Of a stretch of DNA of 64,000 bases, positions 36,412 to 45,395 are shown in pieces. The position numbers and the translations under genes were made by a program. The stretch comes from a virus (Duplodnaviria; Heunggongvirae; Uroviricota; Caudoviricetes). The stretch covers positions 3,224-67,223 of the IMG/VR virus record IMGVR_UViG_3300044814_000107; one strand, given 5' to 3'. Under the pieces are notes generated by a model. The model did not search any database and was not told the DNA's origin. It saw only the letters and a list, made by a program, of their open reading frames with translations. Every line of letters begins with the position of its first letter. Positions within the stretch are counted from its first letter, which is position 1.

Positions 36412-37926
36412 TCAGGAACGAACGCCACGACGCGGCATACGGCGCGGATCCCACAGACGCCGGCGCTCCTCGAACAGCGCCCCGTCCTCCTGGATCGTCG
36501 CTTGCCCGATCCGGTAGGTCTCGTCGTCGTCTGCCTTCGACCAAGCGGGATGGAGATGCTCGACGATCGCGTCGTGCGCGTGCGCGTAGGTGCCACGTAT
36601 CTGAGCCGTCTGGACAAACTCGTCGTCGCAGTTGCGGCTTGCATATCCGTGAGCGATGTAGTTGCCGCTACTCGTCGTCATAGAAACAACCTCACCCTCA
36701 CCGTCAGGGTGGACGGAGACGATCCGGTCGCGACGACCGAATCTGCGCGCCCCGATCTTCTCGCCTCGCAGACGCGACCTGCCACGCGCTCGCCATCCGA
36801 CGATCAACTCCTCTAGTTTGGCCCGCTTCGTTGGCTCCACCCGGAGCAGAAAGTCGAGGTATCCCTGACGACCCCCTTGCAGGTTGAAATAGGTCATCCC
36901 GTGGTGCTGTTGCTGTGAGTACCGCTTCTCCGTTACAGGGATCTCGAGCATCTCGCACACGTGTCGTACGCGATCAACGATCTCTTCGTTCCGAAGGTGG
37001 CTCTGTGCGGCAACAATTAGACCCGATCCTTCGCCATCGTAGATACCAGCGAGCCAGCCGGCCTCACGCTCTAGGCCAGCAGGGATCGGCTTCGGCTCGT
37101 CGGCCACGTGTAGCAGCAGCGCACCAGGGTGAGGAGTCACCCACTGTCGATCCGGCTGTTTATCTAGGAGTGCAGGAGTCCACCACGCATTCAGCCAACG
37201 GTGATCGGGTGTGCAGCGAAACTCGCGCCCCGATTCCATGACCACCCGCACGAGCTCGGCATGACGTCTCTGCACGCTGAGGACATCCGCGAAGCAAAGA
37301 CTCCTCCTCGGAGATCCGACAGTCGGTCGCGCTGCTGCGTTGTATTCCCACCCGATTACTCGATCGCCTACCTCGATCTCCCCGAGAGGCGTAAAGGAGC
37401 AGTCGGCCATCCAGATAGGTGCCTCGGGCGGGTTGCAGTACCAATGCCCATACACCTCCGGGAGGATCCGGGTCGGGTCGTCGATGACGCCGCCGCAGGC
37501 GAGGTAGTCGCGATGCACGAGCGGGTGCGTCGAGTGGACGCCCGAGAGGACGCGCCGGTTCCCGAGGTCGTTCGTGCCGACGACGCAGGCGCCGAACGGG
37601 TGCCGGGAGGCGGCTCGTAGGCACGCCTCGAACCAGCCGTCGTGGAAGAGGAGGTCGGAGGCGGCGAGCAGGATCCAGTCCTCGCTCATCAGATCGTAGG
37701 CGCGGTTGTGCTTCCGAGCCCAGTCCGCGCGACACGGCTGCTCCCACGGGACGACGACAACTTCTTCGCCGGTCGATCGGCACGCCTCGATCGTCTCGTC
37801 GTCGCCGGGCGAACAGGAGAACAGGATCCGCGCGTGGGGAGCTGTCGCTCGAGCTGAACGCGCGGTCTCGACGCAGCGCTCGGGCCGGCCGAGAGTCGGA
37901 ATCGAGATAAGCAGCGACGGCGTCAT
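36412..37926 (-). CDS. glycosyltransferase-like protein interrupted by an intein (504-aa precursor)
   Basis: The N-extein carries GT-A-like motifs (ISIPTLGRPERC and ILFSCSPGDDET). The insert begins CNPPEAPIWM and ends GNYIAHGYASRN, followed by Cys. It contains block B (RCTPDHRW) and a LAGLIDADG motif (WLAGIYDGEGSG). This is a paralog of the intein in 25358..26995. Confidence 0.75.
   Translation of the reverse strand: MTPSLLISIPTLGRPERCVETARSARATAPHARILFSCSPGDDETIEACRSTGEEVVVVPWEQPCRADWARKHNRAYDLMSEDWILLAASDLLFHDGWFEACLRAASRHPFGACVVGTNDLGNRRVLSGVHSTHPLVHRDYLACGGVIDDPTRILPEVYGHWYCNPPEAPIWMADCSFTPLGEIEVGDRVIGWEYNAAARPTVGSPRRSLCFADVLSVQRRHAELVRVVMESGREFRCTPDHRWLNAWWTPALLDKQPDRQWVTPHPGALLLHVADEPKPIPAGLEREAGWLAGIYDGEGSGLIVAAQSHLRNEEIVDRVRHVCEMLEIPVTEKRYSQQQHHGMTYFNLQGGRQGYLDFLLRVEPTKRAKLEELIVGWRARGRSRLRGEKIGARRFGRRDRIVSVHPDGEGEVVSMTTSSGNYIAHGYASRNCDDEFVQTAQIRGTYAHAHDAIVEHLHPAWSKADDDETYRIGQATIQEDGALFEERRRLWDPRRMPRRGVRS
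36631..37437 (-). mobile_element. intein (~269 aa) with a LAGLIDADG homing endonuclease, in the second glycosyltransferase gene
   Basis: Positions were derived from aa 164-432 of the precursor. Its N-terminal and C-terminal blocks are identical to those of the intein at 25592..26416. Confidence 0.6.
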
Positions 37927-38002
37927 TCGAAGAACCCGCCGCCGCAGCCCGCCGCGATCAGCACGACCGCGGTGAACAGAACGACGGCGGGTAAACCGAG
38001 TC

Positions 38003-38848
38003 TCACGCCGAGGATGCCTCCCCCGCGCCCTCAGACGCCGCCTGCGTCCCGCCGCCGCTGCCGCCGGTGATCGCGGTCAGGTCGGCCTCGAGCGCCGACA
38101 GATCGAATCCTGCGGGCGAGGAGTCCTTCCCGCCGAAGAAGTCAGGAGAGAGCAGGGCGTAGACCTCGTCGACGTACTCGGCGAAGAAGGCGTTCGTCAT
38201 CTTCAGGACGCCGCCCCACGTCACGACGACGAGAGAGTCCTCGTCGTAACCGACGATCGGGACCGCGTGGCCGCCCCACGATCCCGGCTGGCTCCGCTCC
38301 GGATCGTCCGCGACGACGTCCCAGACCGGCTGGCCCTGCGCCGTCAGCGGCAGCCCGACGCCGATGTAGACGCCGCCGAACAGCGCGATCGCGGCCTTCA
38401 CGAGCTCGAGGTTCGACGCCTCGACGCCTGCGTACGCGGTGATCTTGTCCACCCACGTCGTTCCGGCGGCGATGCCCTGCTTCCGCCAGTAGTTGAGAAC
38501 GTCGATCTCCGACCGGCCGTTGTCGTCGCTGCCGGTCGCCCAATACACACCGACCACGTCGGCGTCACCCATCGTCTTGAGACCGCCAGCGGCGGCGCTC
38601 CACGCCTGGACCATGTGGCCCGAAGCGGCGCAGGTGCAGTCGCCGAGCGAGTCGTTGTCGTACATCGGCCACGACGGGACGTCCGAGTAGAAGTCGGTCG
38701 TCAGCGGCGTCGCGGGGAGTACGACGGCCTCGTCGACGTACTTGGCGAGGCGCAGTTTCGGTGGCTCGGCGGGCTTGATGCGGCCGAGGCGGAGATGTCC
38801 GAAGTCGCCGTGCTCGGCGAACTCGGGATGGATAGCGAGCTCGATCAT
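38003..38848 (-). CDS. papain-like (C1-type) cysteine peptidase
   Basis: Track ORF 38003..38947, trimmed to MIELAIHPEF. A catalytic Cys motif (GDCTCAASGH) and a His motif (WGGHAVPIVGYDEDSLVVVTWG) are present. It may be a lysis or virion peptidase. Confidence 0.6.
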   Translation of the reverse strand: MIELAIHPEFAEHGDFGHLRLGRIKPAEPPKLRLAKYVDEAVVLPATPLTTDFYSDVPSWPMYDNDSLGDCTCAASGHMVQAWSAAAGGLKTMGDADVVGVYWATGSDDNGRSEIDVLNYWRKQGIAAGTTWVDKITAYAGVEASNLELVKAAIALFGGVYIGVGLPLTAQGQPVWDVVADDPERSQPGSWGGHAVPIVGYDEDSLVVVTWGGVLKMTNAFFAEYVDEVYALLSPDFFGGKDSSPAGFDLSALEADLTAITGGSGGGTQAASEGAGEASSA

Positions 38849-39089
38849 GCTGCTGGGTCTCCTTCCGGTAGTGCCCTGGGGAGGGCTAGGCGTAGGGGCG
38901 TGACGACGGGCGTCGATCGTTTCCGATTCGTTCGCGCCTGGCGGCACGACGGCGAAGGTGTCGCGGAAGGCGTCGAGGCTGTCGGCGAACTCGCGCGCGT
39001 CCGCGGCGAGCCGCTCGAGTACGCGGGCGTCATCCTGAGAGAGCGCCGGGCGGATCCGGTACGAAGATGCCTCCGACCTGCACGGGCGC

Positions 39090-39250
39090 GAACGCTAGCA
39101 ACTCCTACGGACGTAGTTCAACTCAGAGCGGCGGCTTGTCTCGCGAGGAACGGAAGCGAGGACGTTGCGGCGAGGGGAACCTTTCCACTTTGGGTTTGTG
39201 GCGCCCGAAGAAGTGGCCTCCCTCGTGGGAGTCGCTGCCGCCGCTCTGAG
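39090..39250 (-). ncRNA. structured intergenic element with nested hairpins, candidate regulatory or non-coding RNA
   Basis: An outer 14-bp stem (ctcagagcggcggc paired with gccgccgctctgag) encloses inner stems (ccactt paired with aagtgg, and cgaggggaa paired with tccctcg). It has no coding potential. It lies between the peptidase gene and the upstream Zn-finger gene. Confidence 0.3.
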
Positions 39251-39261
39251 TATTCGAGATC

Positions 39262-39621
39262 CTACGTCGCAGGCGCGCCCTTGCGGCGGAAGATCGGACG
39301 GACCCCGCTCATCCAGACGCTCCGGTACGTCTTGATCAGGAAGTCGTTGACAACCGCGTACGCCGGTAGGTCTTCCAGAGACGACGCCGAGATCGTCGCC
39401 TTCAAGTCCTGCTCGAGTTCGCCGGCCTTCGTCAGAACGTCGTTCAGCGGTACCTGCCCCGCGATGTCTGCCACGTCACCCGACGCCCTGACTTCCTCTG
39501 CGGCCCATCGGTGTAATCCCGAGACATGCACCAAGCATTTGGTCATCGGGAACTGTGACTTCTTGTATCCACAGTCGACACACCGGATCGTGCCGGCAGG
39601 AGACACGGAGGGATCAGGCAT
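39262..39621 (-). CDS. small zinc-finger protein
   Basis: AAGGAAG precedes the ATG. The product contains CVDCGYKKSQFPMTKC. Confidence 0.5.
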   Translation of the reverse strand: MPDPSVSPAGTIRCVDCGYKKSQFPMTKCLVHVSGLHRWAAEEVRASGDVADIAGQVPLNDVLTKAGELEQDLKATISASSLEDLPAYAVVNDFLIKTYRSVWMSGVRPIFRRKGAPAT

Positions 39622-40141
39622 CGGACTTCCTTTGCAGCCGGTCGATCTCAGCGGCGATCAGCGCTCCGGCCTTTACGAGTTCGCGCTTGCGGTCGTAGGG
39701 CGTCCGCTTGTACCAGCGCCCCGCCCACGGCCAGAGCGGAGGGATCGTCACGCCGTCGAGCAGCGAGCGCGTCGGGAAGCGCACAGGCTCAGAAGCGTCA
39801 CCGCCGTCCGGTATCGCGTAGCAGGCTGCGGCGAGAGCAAGCTCGCCCTGGTCGTGGAGGTCGTCGTGATCCGGCGTCCATCCCTCCGCGTCGATCTGAC
39901 GTTGCCGTTCGGTGGCGATCAACTCAACTCCCGACGGTTCGGCGGGAGACACGGACACGGCAGCGGGATCGGAACGCGCCACAACGAACAGGTCTAAGCT
40001 CTCAGCGACGGTATGGAGCGCCGCGCCGCGGGCCTCGTGCTCGGTTCCCGCATCGACAGTGAAGCCGCCGCAGTCAAGCGTCACATCCCACGTAGCTGCT
40101 TCAGGGTCGCTCACGGTAGAGCGGGAATCAGGCGCGGTCAC
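39614..40141 (-). CDS. hypothetical protein
   Basis: GGGAGG precedes the GTG start. The 175-aa product is protein-like. Confidence 0.5.
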   Translation of the reverse strand: MTAPDSRSTVSDPEAATWDVTLDCGGFTVDAGTEHEARGAALHTVAESLDLFVVARSDPAAVSVSPAEPSGVELIATERQRQIDAEGWTPDHDDLHDQGELALAAACYAIPDGGDASEPVRFPTRSLLDGVTIPPLWPWAGRWYKRTPYDRKRELVKAGALIAAEIDRLQRKSDA

Positions 40142-40400
40142 GAGACTCAGCCTCCCGATGTAGCTTGCGGCCGAAGTCGAACGCTTCCCACGGAGGGCGG
40201 CGCGTGACGATGAACCGAGCGCCGTTAGGGGGCCACTCGCGGTACTGCGCCGCGATGTAGAACCGCCGCAGGAACCACGGCAGGCGGTCGATCATCCAAT
40301 GCAGAGGATCGCGGAATCGGTCAAGGCGCGGCTTCACATCGGTCGTGTGATCGAACCACGGGCAGCGCGGTGCGGTAGAGCGGGGATCGTCAGCGGCCAT
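40128..40400 (-). CDS. hypothetical small protein
   Basis: Track ORF 40128..40442, trimmed to MAADDP, which is preceded by GGGAGG. Confidence 0.4.
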   Translation of the reverse strand: MAADDPRSTAPRCPWFDHTTDVKPRLDRFRDPLHWMIDRLPWFLRRFYIAAQYREWPPNGARFIVTRRPPWEAFDFGRKLHREAESRDRA

Positions 40401-40557
40401 GCTCAGCCTCCCTCTCCTTCGCCATCGTCTCCAGACGGTCAAGCGTCCAGAACGCCTCCGGCTGCCGAGCGTGAGCGCCGCGCGGGAACCCGAAGATGCG
40501 GAGATACGCGCCGAGACGCCGAACCCACGGGCGGGGAACGTCAGCGGGGCGCTCAGA
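40390..40557 (-). CDS. possible small protein (about 56 aa)
   Basis: Own reading of the C-terminal part of track ORF 40390..41232. A GTG start is preceded by GAAGGAGG. The product reads VSERPADVPRPWVRRLGAYLRIFGFP... Confidence 0.3.
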   Translation of the reverse strand, partial: SERPADVPRPWVRRLGAYLRIFGFPRGAHARQPEAFWTLDRLETMAKEREAEHGR

Positions 40558-40601
40558 CACGGCGCAGCCTCCTTCGCAGGCCCTTGTTCCAGGGGTCGAT
40601 G

Positions 40602-42226
40602 TCAGATCCTTTCGGCGATGAAGTCGCTCAGGATGTTCGGAGTCGCGGTGTCCATGCCAACCACGTCCATCATCCCCGCGTCGTTCGGGTCGGCGATCGA
40701 GAAGCCGTTCGAGACCATCCCGACGACAGCGCAGCGCGCGTCGATCTGCGACGAACGCCGGTACTGGTCGAGGGCCTGCTTCGGATGGATCGAGCCGGCC
40801 CACGTCTCGCTGTCGGTCAGGACGACGAACGAGTCGAAGTCCTTCCCCTGCTGCTGCGCGTAGAGCATCGGGAGCGCGCAGTCCGTCCCGCCGAACGGCA
40901 GGCCCGTGACCGTCCGTACGGCGTCGTCGAGCCGCTGCCGCGACGAGAGGCCGAGCGGCGTCAGAGCGGTATCGCCGCCGAACGTCGAGTAGCGGCCGGT
41001 CTTCGACGTGAAGCCGACGACCTCGCAGTCCTTCTCCTTCGCGAGCGTGACGAGCGCGAGCGCGGCCGACGCGCCGCGGGGCGTCAGCGGCGAACCGGCG
41101 ACGTTCCCCGAGGCCATCGACCCGGAGACGTCGAGCGCGAGCAGGATCCGCTTCCCCGTCGCCTCGACGTTGTCGAACGCGAGGTAGAACGCCGCGTCGA
41201 GCGCGTCGATGACGACCGGCAGCGGAGTCCACGTGTTCGTACTCCGCATCCCGTGGCCGACCCCGTACGTCGCGAGCGCGACGAGCAGCGCCAGCGGATG
41301 CAGGCGCGACTTCCGGATCCGCTCGCCGTCGGCGAGCTGCTCGACGACGAGCTTCCGGTAGTCGCCCTCGAGGACCCCGAGGCGCGTCATGTTCGCGAGG
41401 TTCCGCGTCAGCGCGTGGATCGGCATCCCCCCGTCGAGGAGCGCGCGCCAGACCTCCGGATCGGTCAGGTGCTCCGTCTTCAGCGCCTCACGCGGAAGGA
41501 CGTATTCGCGGCAGAGCGACGCGGTCTGCGCCGGCGTCTCGGCCCGCTGTGCCCGCTCGAAGCCGTTCACGATGAGCGTGTTGTCCGAGAGCGGCGTCTT
41601 CTCCGACCCGCCGACGATCCAGGCGAAGAGCTGGTCGAGCTCGGAGCCGCGCTCGGGCGTCGGCTTCGCGAGGCGGAGCAGGTCGCGGTGCGACCAGCCG
41701 TCGCGCTGCCGGTACTTCACGGCGTCGTACGCGAGCGAGGAGACGCCCTTCGTCTCGTACCAGTTCCGGATCGCCCACTTCGCCGTCCGGCCCCAGCCGC
41801 GCTGCGTCTCGAGGTACGTCGCGAAGTGGTACAGGTGCGTCCCGATGCGCGCGACGAGCGGCAGCGCCTCGGCGGCCGCCTTCTTCGTCGCCTTGTCGCC
41901 GGCCGAGATCGCGACGGCCAGCGCGAAGAGCGCCGGGTCGTTCGAGGGTGCGCGACCGGCCTGCGATACCTGGACGATCTCGGCAACGAGGCGCTCGCCG
42001 TCCTGCTGCGCGAGCTCGCGGAGCGCGCCGACGTTCTCGCGGGTCAGGTCACGCTCGGTCGCGTAGTACGACCCGCCCTCGGAGCCGAGGATCAGGAAGC
42101 GCCGGAGGCGCGTCCAGCCGTCGACGGCCCAGACGAACCCGCCGGCCGAGTTCTCGACCTGGCCGGGCTCCATCGGCTCGTCCTGCGGGGTCTGAAGGGT
42201 CGAACCGTGCTTCTCGAGGTAGCTCA
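40602..42226 (-). CDS. rsr: Ro60 ortholog (Rsr; TROVE domain plus vWA/MIDAS)
   Basis: Track ORF 40602..42668, trimmed to MSYLEKHG, which is preceded by GGAGA. The product has a TROVE region followed by a C-terminal vWA domain with a MIDAS motif (ILLALDVSGSMASG). Confidence 0.85.
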
Positions 42227-42379
42227 TCTCGGTCTCCAATCGGCAGAGGGAACGGGACGTCGCGGACGAGATGTGGGAGTCGGATCGGGCGAGCGTCACG
42301 CCCATGCTCCGTTGCGAGGTAACCGACCTAGCCCTCCGGTCCAGCGACAGCGGGGAGACTACCTGACGCAGCGGTCGTA

Positions 42380-43168
42380 GTCGAGGGGGCGAGTAACGCG
42401 ACGGTGTCGGACTCCTGCCAGCTTCAGCAGCCGGTGATAACCGACGGGGTGCCGCTCCGGCCCACCTCTTCTGTCTCTGCCGAGAGACGTCAGGGAGAGT
42501 ACCGCGCGGGCGAGGAACTGACGGCCGAGTCCATCCGATCCCGAGGGATCGTACGGCGGGAGTCGAACCCGCTTTACCAGATAACCGGCTACGTCTCCGG
42601 CCCAGCGCTCGAGCCAGCGTACCGCCCGCGCAGATCCCTCGTTCGAGGGATTCTCTCGATCTCGGCACGTTCCGATCTATCCGACATGGATACAGAAGAA
42701 GAGATCGAGATCATCCCGGGCCGCTGCGTCGTCTGCGACGGGCCGGCCGAGGAGGACGGCGGACTCCTGTTCTGCGAGTTCTGCCCCGCCGTCGACGACG
42801 AAGCGAGAGGTGGAAGGCTGAAGTTGCGCGGGCGAGGTGTCGAAATCGGGTTTAGCGCTCTTCCAGTTGAGCTACCGCCCGCCGAAGCGGAACGACCGGG
42901 GATCGAACCCGGATCTCTCCTTTAGCAGAGGTAACCGATTCCGTTCGGCCCAGCGCGACGCCCAGCCTAGCAGGGCTGTCTCGTCGGCGTCGCGCTTGAG
43001 CGAGGAAGGAGTGCAGTGCGCGGGCGAGATTATCGAGGACCGGGTTTTAGGCGTCCTGTGCCACTTAGACGACGTCGCCCGAAGGCTACGGCGGGAGTCG
43101 AACCCGCGTCTCCCCCTCCAGATGGGTAACCGGATCTCGGCCGGCCCAGCGCGACGCGGACTCTATCA
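42380..43168 (-). ncRNA. cluster of about four tRNA-like, Y RNA-like repeats upstream of rsr
   Basis: The minus strand carries repeated canonical T-arms (GCGGGTTCGACTCCCGC and CCGGGTTCGATCCCCGG). There is one acceptor-plus-D-arm module (GCGGGCGGTAGCTCAACTGGAAGAGCGC...CGCCCGC). Conserved GCGCTGGGCC and GGTTA(C/T)C blocks recur in each unit. The units do not fold as complete cloverleaves, because the anticodon arm is missing, which fits the tRNA-mimic domain described for bacterial and phage Y RNAs. Boundaries are not resolved. Confidence 0.5.
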
Positions 43169-43169
43169 G

Positions 43170-43251
43170 CGGAAGGTGAAGGAGTCGAACCCTCGGGCAT
43201 TACCCCGGCCTGGTTTTCGAGACCAGTTTGCTCCCACGAGCGCCACCCTCC
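43170..43251 (-). tRNA. tRNA-Ser (anticodon CGA)
   Basis: Minus-strand sequence GGAGGGTGGCGCTCGTGGGAGCAAACTGGTCTCGAAAACCAGGCCGGGGTAATGCCCGAGGGTTCGACTCCTTCACCTTCCG. The acceptor stem is 7 bp including one G-U pair. The anticodon stem is CTGGT/ACCAG with loop CTCGAAA. The variable arm is long. Confidence 0.7.
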
Positions 43252-43263
43252 AGGGAAGCGGCG

Positions 43264-43521
43264 TCATTCTGCCTCCATTGTGTAGACGATCTGCAAGGGG
43301 TTCAGGAACGCCCGCCTCGGCGGAGCGCCGTGGACGATCCCGATGAGGCGCGGCTTCGAGCGGACACGAACTCCGAACCAGCGATGGACGCGGATGACCG
43401 TGCGCCAGTAGAACGTACCCAGCATCGCCCTCTGCCAGCGACGGTTGAACGAACGGTACGAATCGGAAACGGTAAAGGTGATCCCGTCCCCCATGCGTAC
43501 CAGCGTCGATCGCCTAGCCAC
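43264..43521 (-). CDS. hypothetical protein
   Basis: An 85-aa ORF downstream of the HNH gene. Support is only moderate. Confidence 0.35.
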   Translation of the reverse strand: MARRSTLVRMGDGITFTVSDSYRSFNRRWQRAMLGTFYWRTVIRVHRWFGVRVRSKPRLIGIVHGAPPRRAFLNPLQIVYTMEAE

Positions 43522-43885
43522 GGGAGGCCACGGTCTGTTCGGGCAGCGGAAGAACTCCCGCCTCTTGTTGTCGCCGCCATGTTCGCTCGCGGTGGCAGTT
43601 CGCGCAGACGACGTCGCACATCGCGATCTCGGCGAGGAGACGCGCGAGCGAACCGCCCTTGTGGGCCAGCTCGCAGATGCCGCTCGTCTTAGGTTCGCCC
43701 GGTCGGTGATCGAGATCCATCACGTAATGCGGGTACGAGTGGCCGCAGTCTTGGCAGGGCTTCGCCTTCGCCTCCCTGACGACAGCGGCGTTCCGCGCCT
43801 TGACTCGGTTGCGCGTCCGCGGCCTGTTCTCACGCGCCCACTTCGCCTGCGCCTCTCGTTGCCGGTCCTCGTCCTTGTACGGCAT
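43514..43885 (-). CDS. HNH endonuclease
   Basis: HNH motifs are present: CQDCGHSYPHYVMDLDHRPGEPK and CANCHRER. Confidence 0.8.
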   Translation of the reverse strand: MPYKDEDRQREAQAKWARENRPRTRNRVKARNAAVVREAKAKPCQDCGHSYPHYVMDLDHRPGEPKTSGICELAHKGGSLARLLAEIAMCDVVCANCHRERTWRRQQEAGVLPLPEQTVASRG

Positions 43886-43912
43886 CCCCGCACCGCAGTC
43901 TAACGGGTTATA

Positions 43913-43996
43913 CGGCGGGCGAGGGAGTCGAACCCTCTCAGCCTTGCGACCTCACGCGGCTAGCAACCGCGGCTCGTCACCGTGCGAGCACCCGCC
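43913..43996 (-). tRNA. tRNA-Ser (anticodon GCT)
   Basis: Minus-strand sequence GGCGGGTGCTCGCACGGTGACGAGCCGCGGTTGCTAGCCGCGTGAGGTCGCAAGGCTGAGAGGGTTCGACTCCCTCGCCCGCCG. The anticodon stem is CGCGG/CCGCG with loop TTGCTAG. The variable arm is long. Confidence 0.7.
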
Positions 43997-44049
43997 GTAG
44001 TCGGCTAGGCAGATGACGAACTGAAGACCGCGAACCTCACGCCGGCGAG

Positions 44050-44198
44050 TCTAGCTGTGACGAGCGCTCTCGGCGACGATCTTCCTTGCTGCGCCACGGC
44101 TTGACCTCGGCGTTGCAGTTCGAGCATCGTCCTTCGACGATCTTGCAGCGGCCACCCTTCTCCGGGCAGAACGTAACCTCGCCGAGGAATCGCATGTG
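44050..44198 (-). CDS. possible small zinc-ribbon protein (about 49 aa)
   Basis: Own translation gives MRFLGEVTFCPEKGGRCKIVEGRCSNCNAEVKPW..., directly after the stop of the upstream gene. Confidence 0.3.
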
Positions 44199-44206
44199 GC
44201 CGTCGA

Positions 44207-44782
44207 TCAGAAGAGGTCGTCTCCCATCCCGAGGCCGCGCTTGCGTTCCGGCCGTTCGAGCATCGCGAGGTCTACGGACGGCATCAGTTCGTCGACCGAC
44301 GGCATCGTCTCGAGGAATCCGAGCGCCGCGTCGCTGGTCAGGCCGGCGCGGACGAGCTGCGTCTGCACCTCGAGAAGCTGCCGGTCGATCTCGGCGACCG
44401 CCGTCCGTTCGCTCGCCTCGATCCGCTTATACGCCGCGCGGCGGAGGTCGTTCTGCTCGAACGCGACCGCGACCGGCCCCTGCGCCTGCCACGAGAACGC
44501 GAGCCGAGGCGCAAAGCCGGCCGGGATCCCGAGTTCCGCGCAGCGCTGCGCGACCTTCTCCTGCGCCTCGTCGACCGCCTTCTTTGCCTCCTCGACGGCC
44601 TCCTTCCAGACGTCGTCGCGGTTGTAGTCGTAATGGGTCAGGAGCTCCTGCTCGAACATGGCCTTCAGATCGGAAGAGCGGCGCTTCGCGTCACTCTTCG
44701 CGACCCTGGCCCGCTCGCGGGCGAGTCGGCGAAGGTCCTCGCGCTCGCCCTTCGTCATCGGTTTCTGCTCGGGCTCAGACAC
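44207..44782 (-). CDS. hypothetical coiled-coil protein
   Basis: Track ORF 44207..44911, trimmed to a GTG preceded by GGAGGAG (VSEPEQKPMTKGERE). Confidence 0.5.
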   Translation of the reverse strand: MSEPEQKPMTKGEREDLRRLARERARVAKSDAKRRSSDLKAMFEQELLTHYDYNRDDVWKEAVEEAKKAVDEAQEKVAQRCAELGIPAGFAPRLAFSWQAQGPVAVAFEQNDLRRAAYKRIEASERTAVAEIDRQLLEVQTQLVRAGLTSDAALGFLETMPSVDELMPSVDLAMLERPERKRGLGMGDDLF

Positions 44783-45122
44783 GGCTCCTCCATAGCATCG
44801 GCCTCTGGCCCTCGATCTGGATGCGCTCGACCGCGCCGCGCTTCTCGAGCGCTCGGAGGCGAGGGTGGAGCTGGTAGCCGAGGGTCTTGATTCCCTCGTC
44901 CTTCGCCTCACCCAGCGCGAGCAGGCGAGCGCCGAGCGGCTCTTCTGTGCCGCGCGCGTCCGTTCCCCACTCGAAGTCGTATCCGTGCCGGTCGCTCCAA
45001 CGATCGAAGGCTCGCTGCCGGATGCGATCAGCGATCTCGTTGGCCGAGAGCGGCCCGTTCTCCAGCACGGCGAGGATCTCGCGGTCGTCCGCGCGAAGGG
45101 TCACCTGCGTACTGGTCGTCAC
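44775..45122 (-). CDS. putative winged-helix DNA-binding protein
   Basis: The product reads LRADDREILAVLENGPLSANEIADRIRQ. The GTG start overlaps the upstream stop (GTGA). Confidence 0.45.
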   Translation of the reverse strand: MTTSTQVTLRADDREILAVLENGPLSANEIADRIRQRAFDRWSDRHGYDFEWGTDARGTEEPLGARLLALGEAKDEGIKTLGYQLHPRLRALEKRGAVERIQIEGQRPMLWRSRV

Positions 45123-45385
45123 CGTCTGCCGCTGCCGCGCGCGATGTACCCGCCAAGCTCGGCCGTGCCGGTCTTCCGGTCGAAGACGGGAACACCGGCA
45201 CCACGGATCGCGTCGTCGTCGGCGATCTGCGCCGTCGTCCGCGCGCCCTGGCGGCGCCTACCCCTCGAAACGGCAGACTCGTACCCGGGAGCTTCGCGGC
45301 CGGCGATCAGGCCGTCGTCGTCGTCGCGGTTGACGCCGGGGATCCGGCTCTTCGTGAAGAACAGACCGCGAGGAAGTTTCGGCAC
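45119..45385 (-). CDS. hypothetical small protein
   Basis: The GTG start lies 8 nt after the TerL stop. The stop overlaps the next start. Confidence 0.35.
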   Translation of the reverse strand: MPKLPRGLFFTKSRIPGVNRDDDDGLIAGREAPGYESAVSRGRRRQGARTTAQIADDDAIRGAGVPVFDRKTGTAELGGYIARGSGRR

Positions 45386-45395
45386 GCCGAGAAGT

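Noticed and set aside
38267-39997. A 576-aa plus-strand ORF
   Set aside because: It is antisense to the peptidase gene and two small minus-strand genes. Its composition is Arg-rich.
42404-42925. Plus-strand ORF with an internal MDTEEEIEIIPGRCVVCDG...CEFC zinc-ribbon-like stretch
   Set aside because: It overlaps the minus-strand tRNA-like/Y RNA-like repeat array. All neighbouring genes are on the minus strand. The Cys spacing is probably fortuitous, so I kept the non-coding RNA interpretation.
42380-43168. Calling the four repeats canonical tRNA genes
   Set aside because: T-arms and one acceptor/D-arm are perfect. I could not build a complete cloverleaf for any unit: no anticodon stem is complementary, and the acceptor 3' strands lack partners. 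They are better described as tRNA-like/Y RNA-like.
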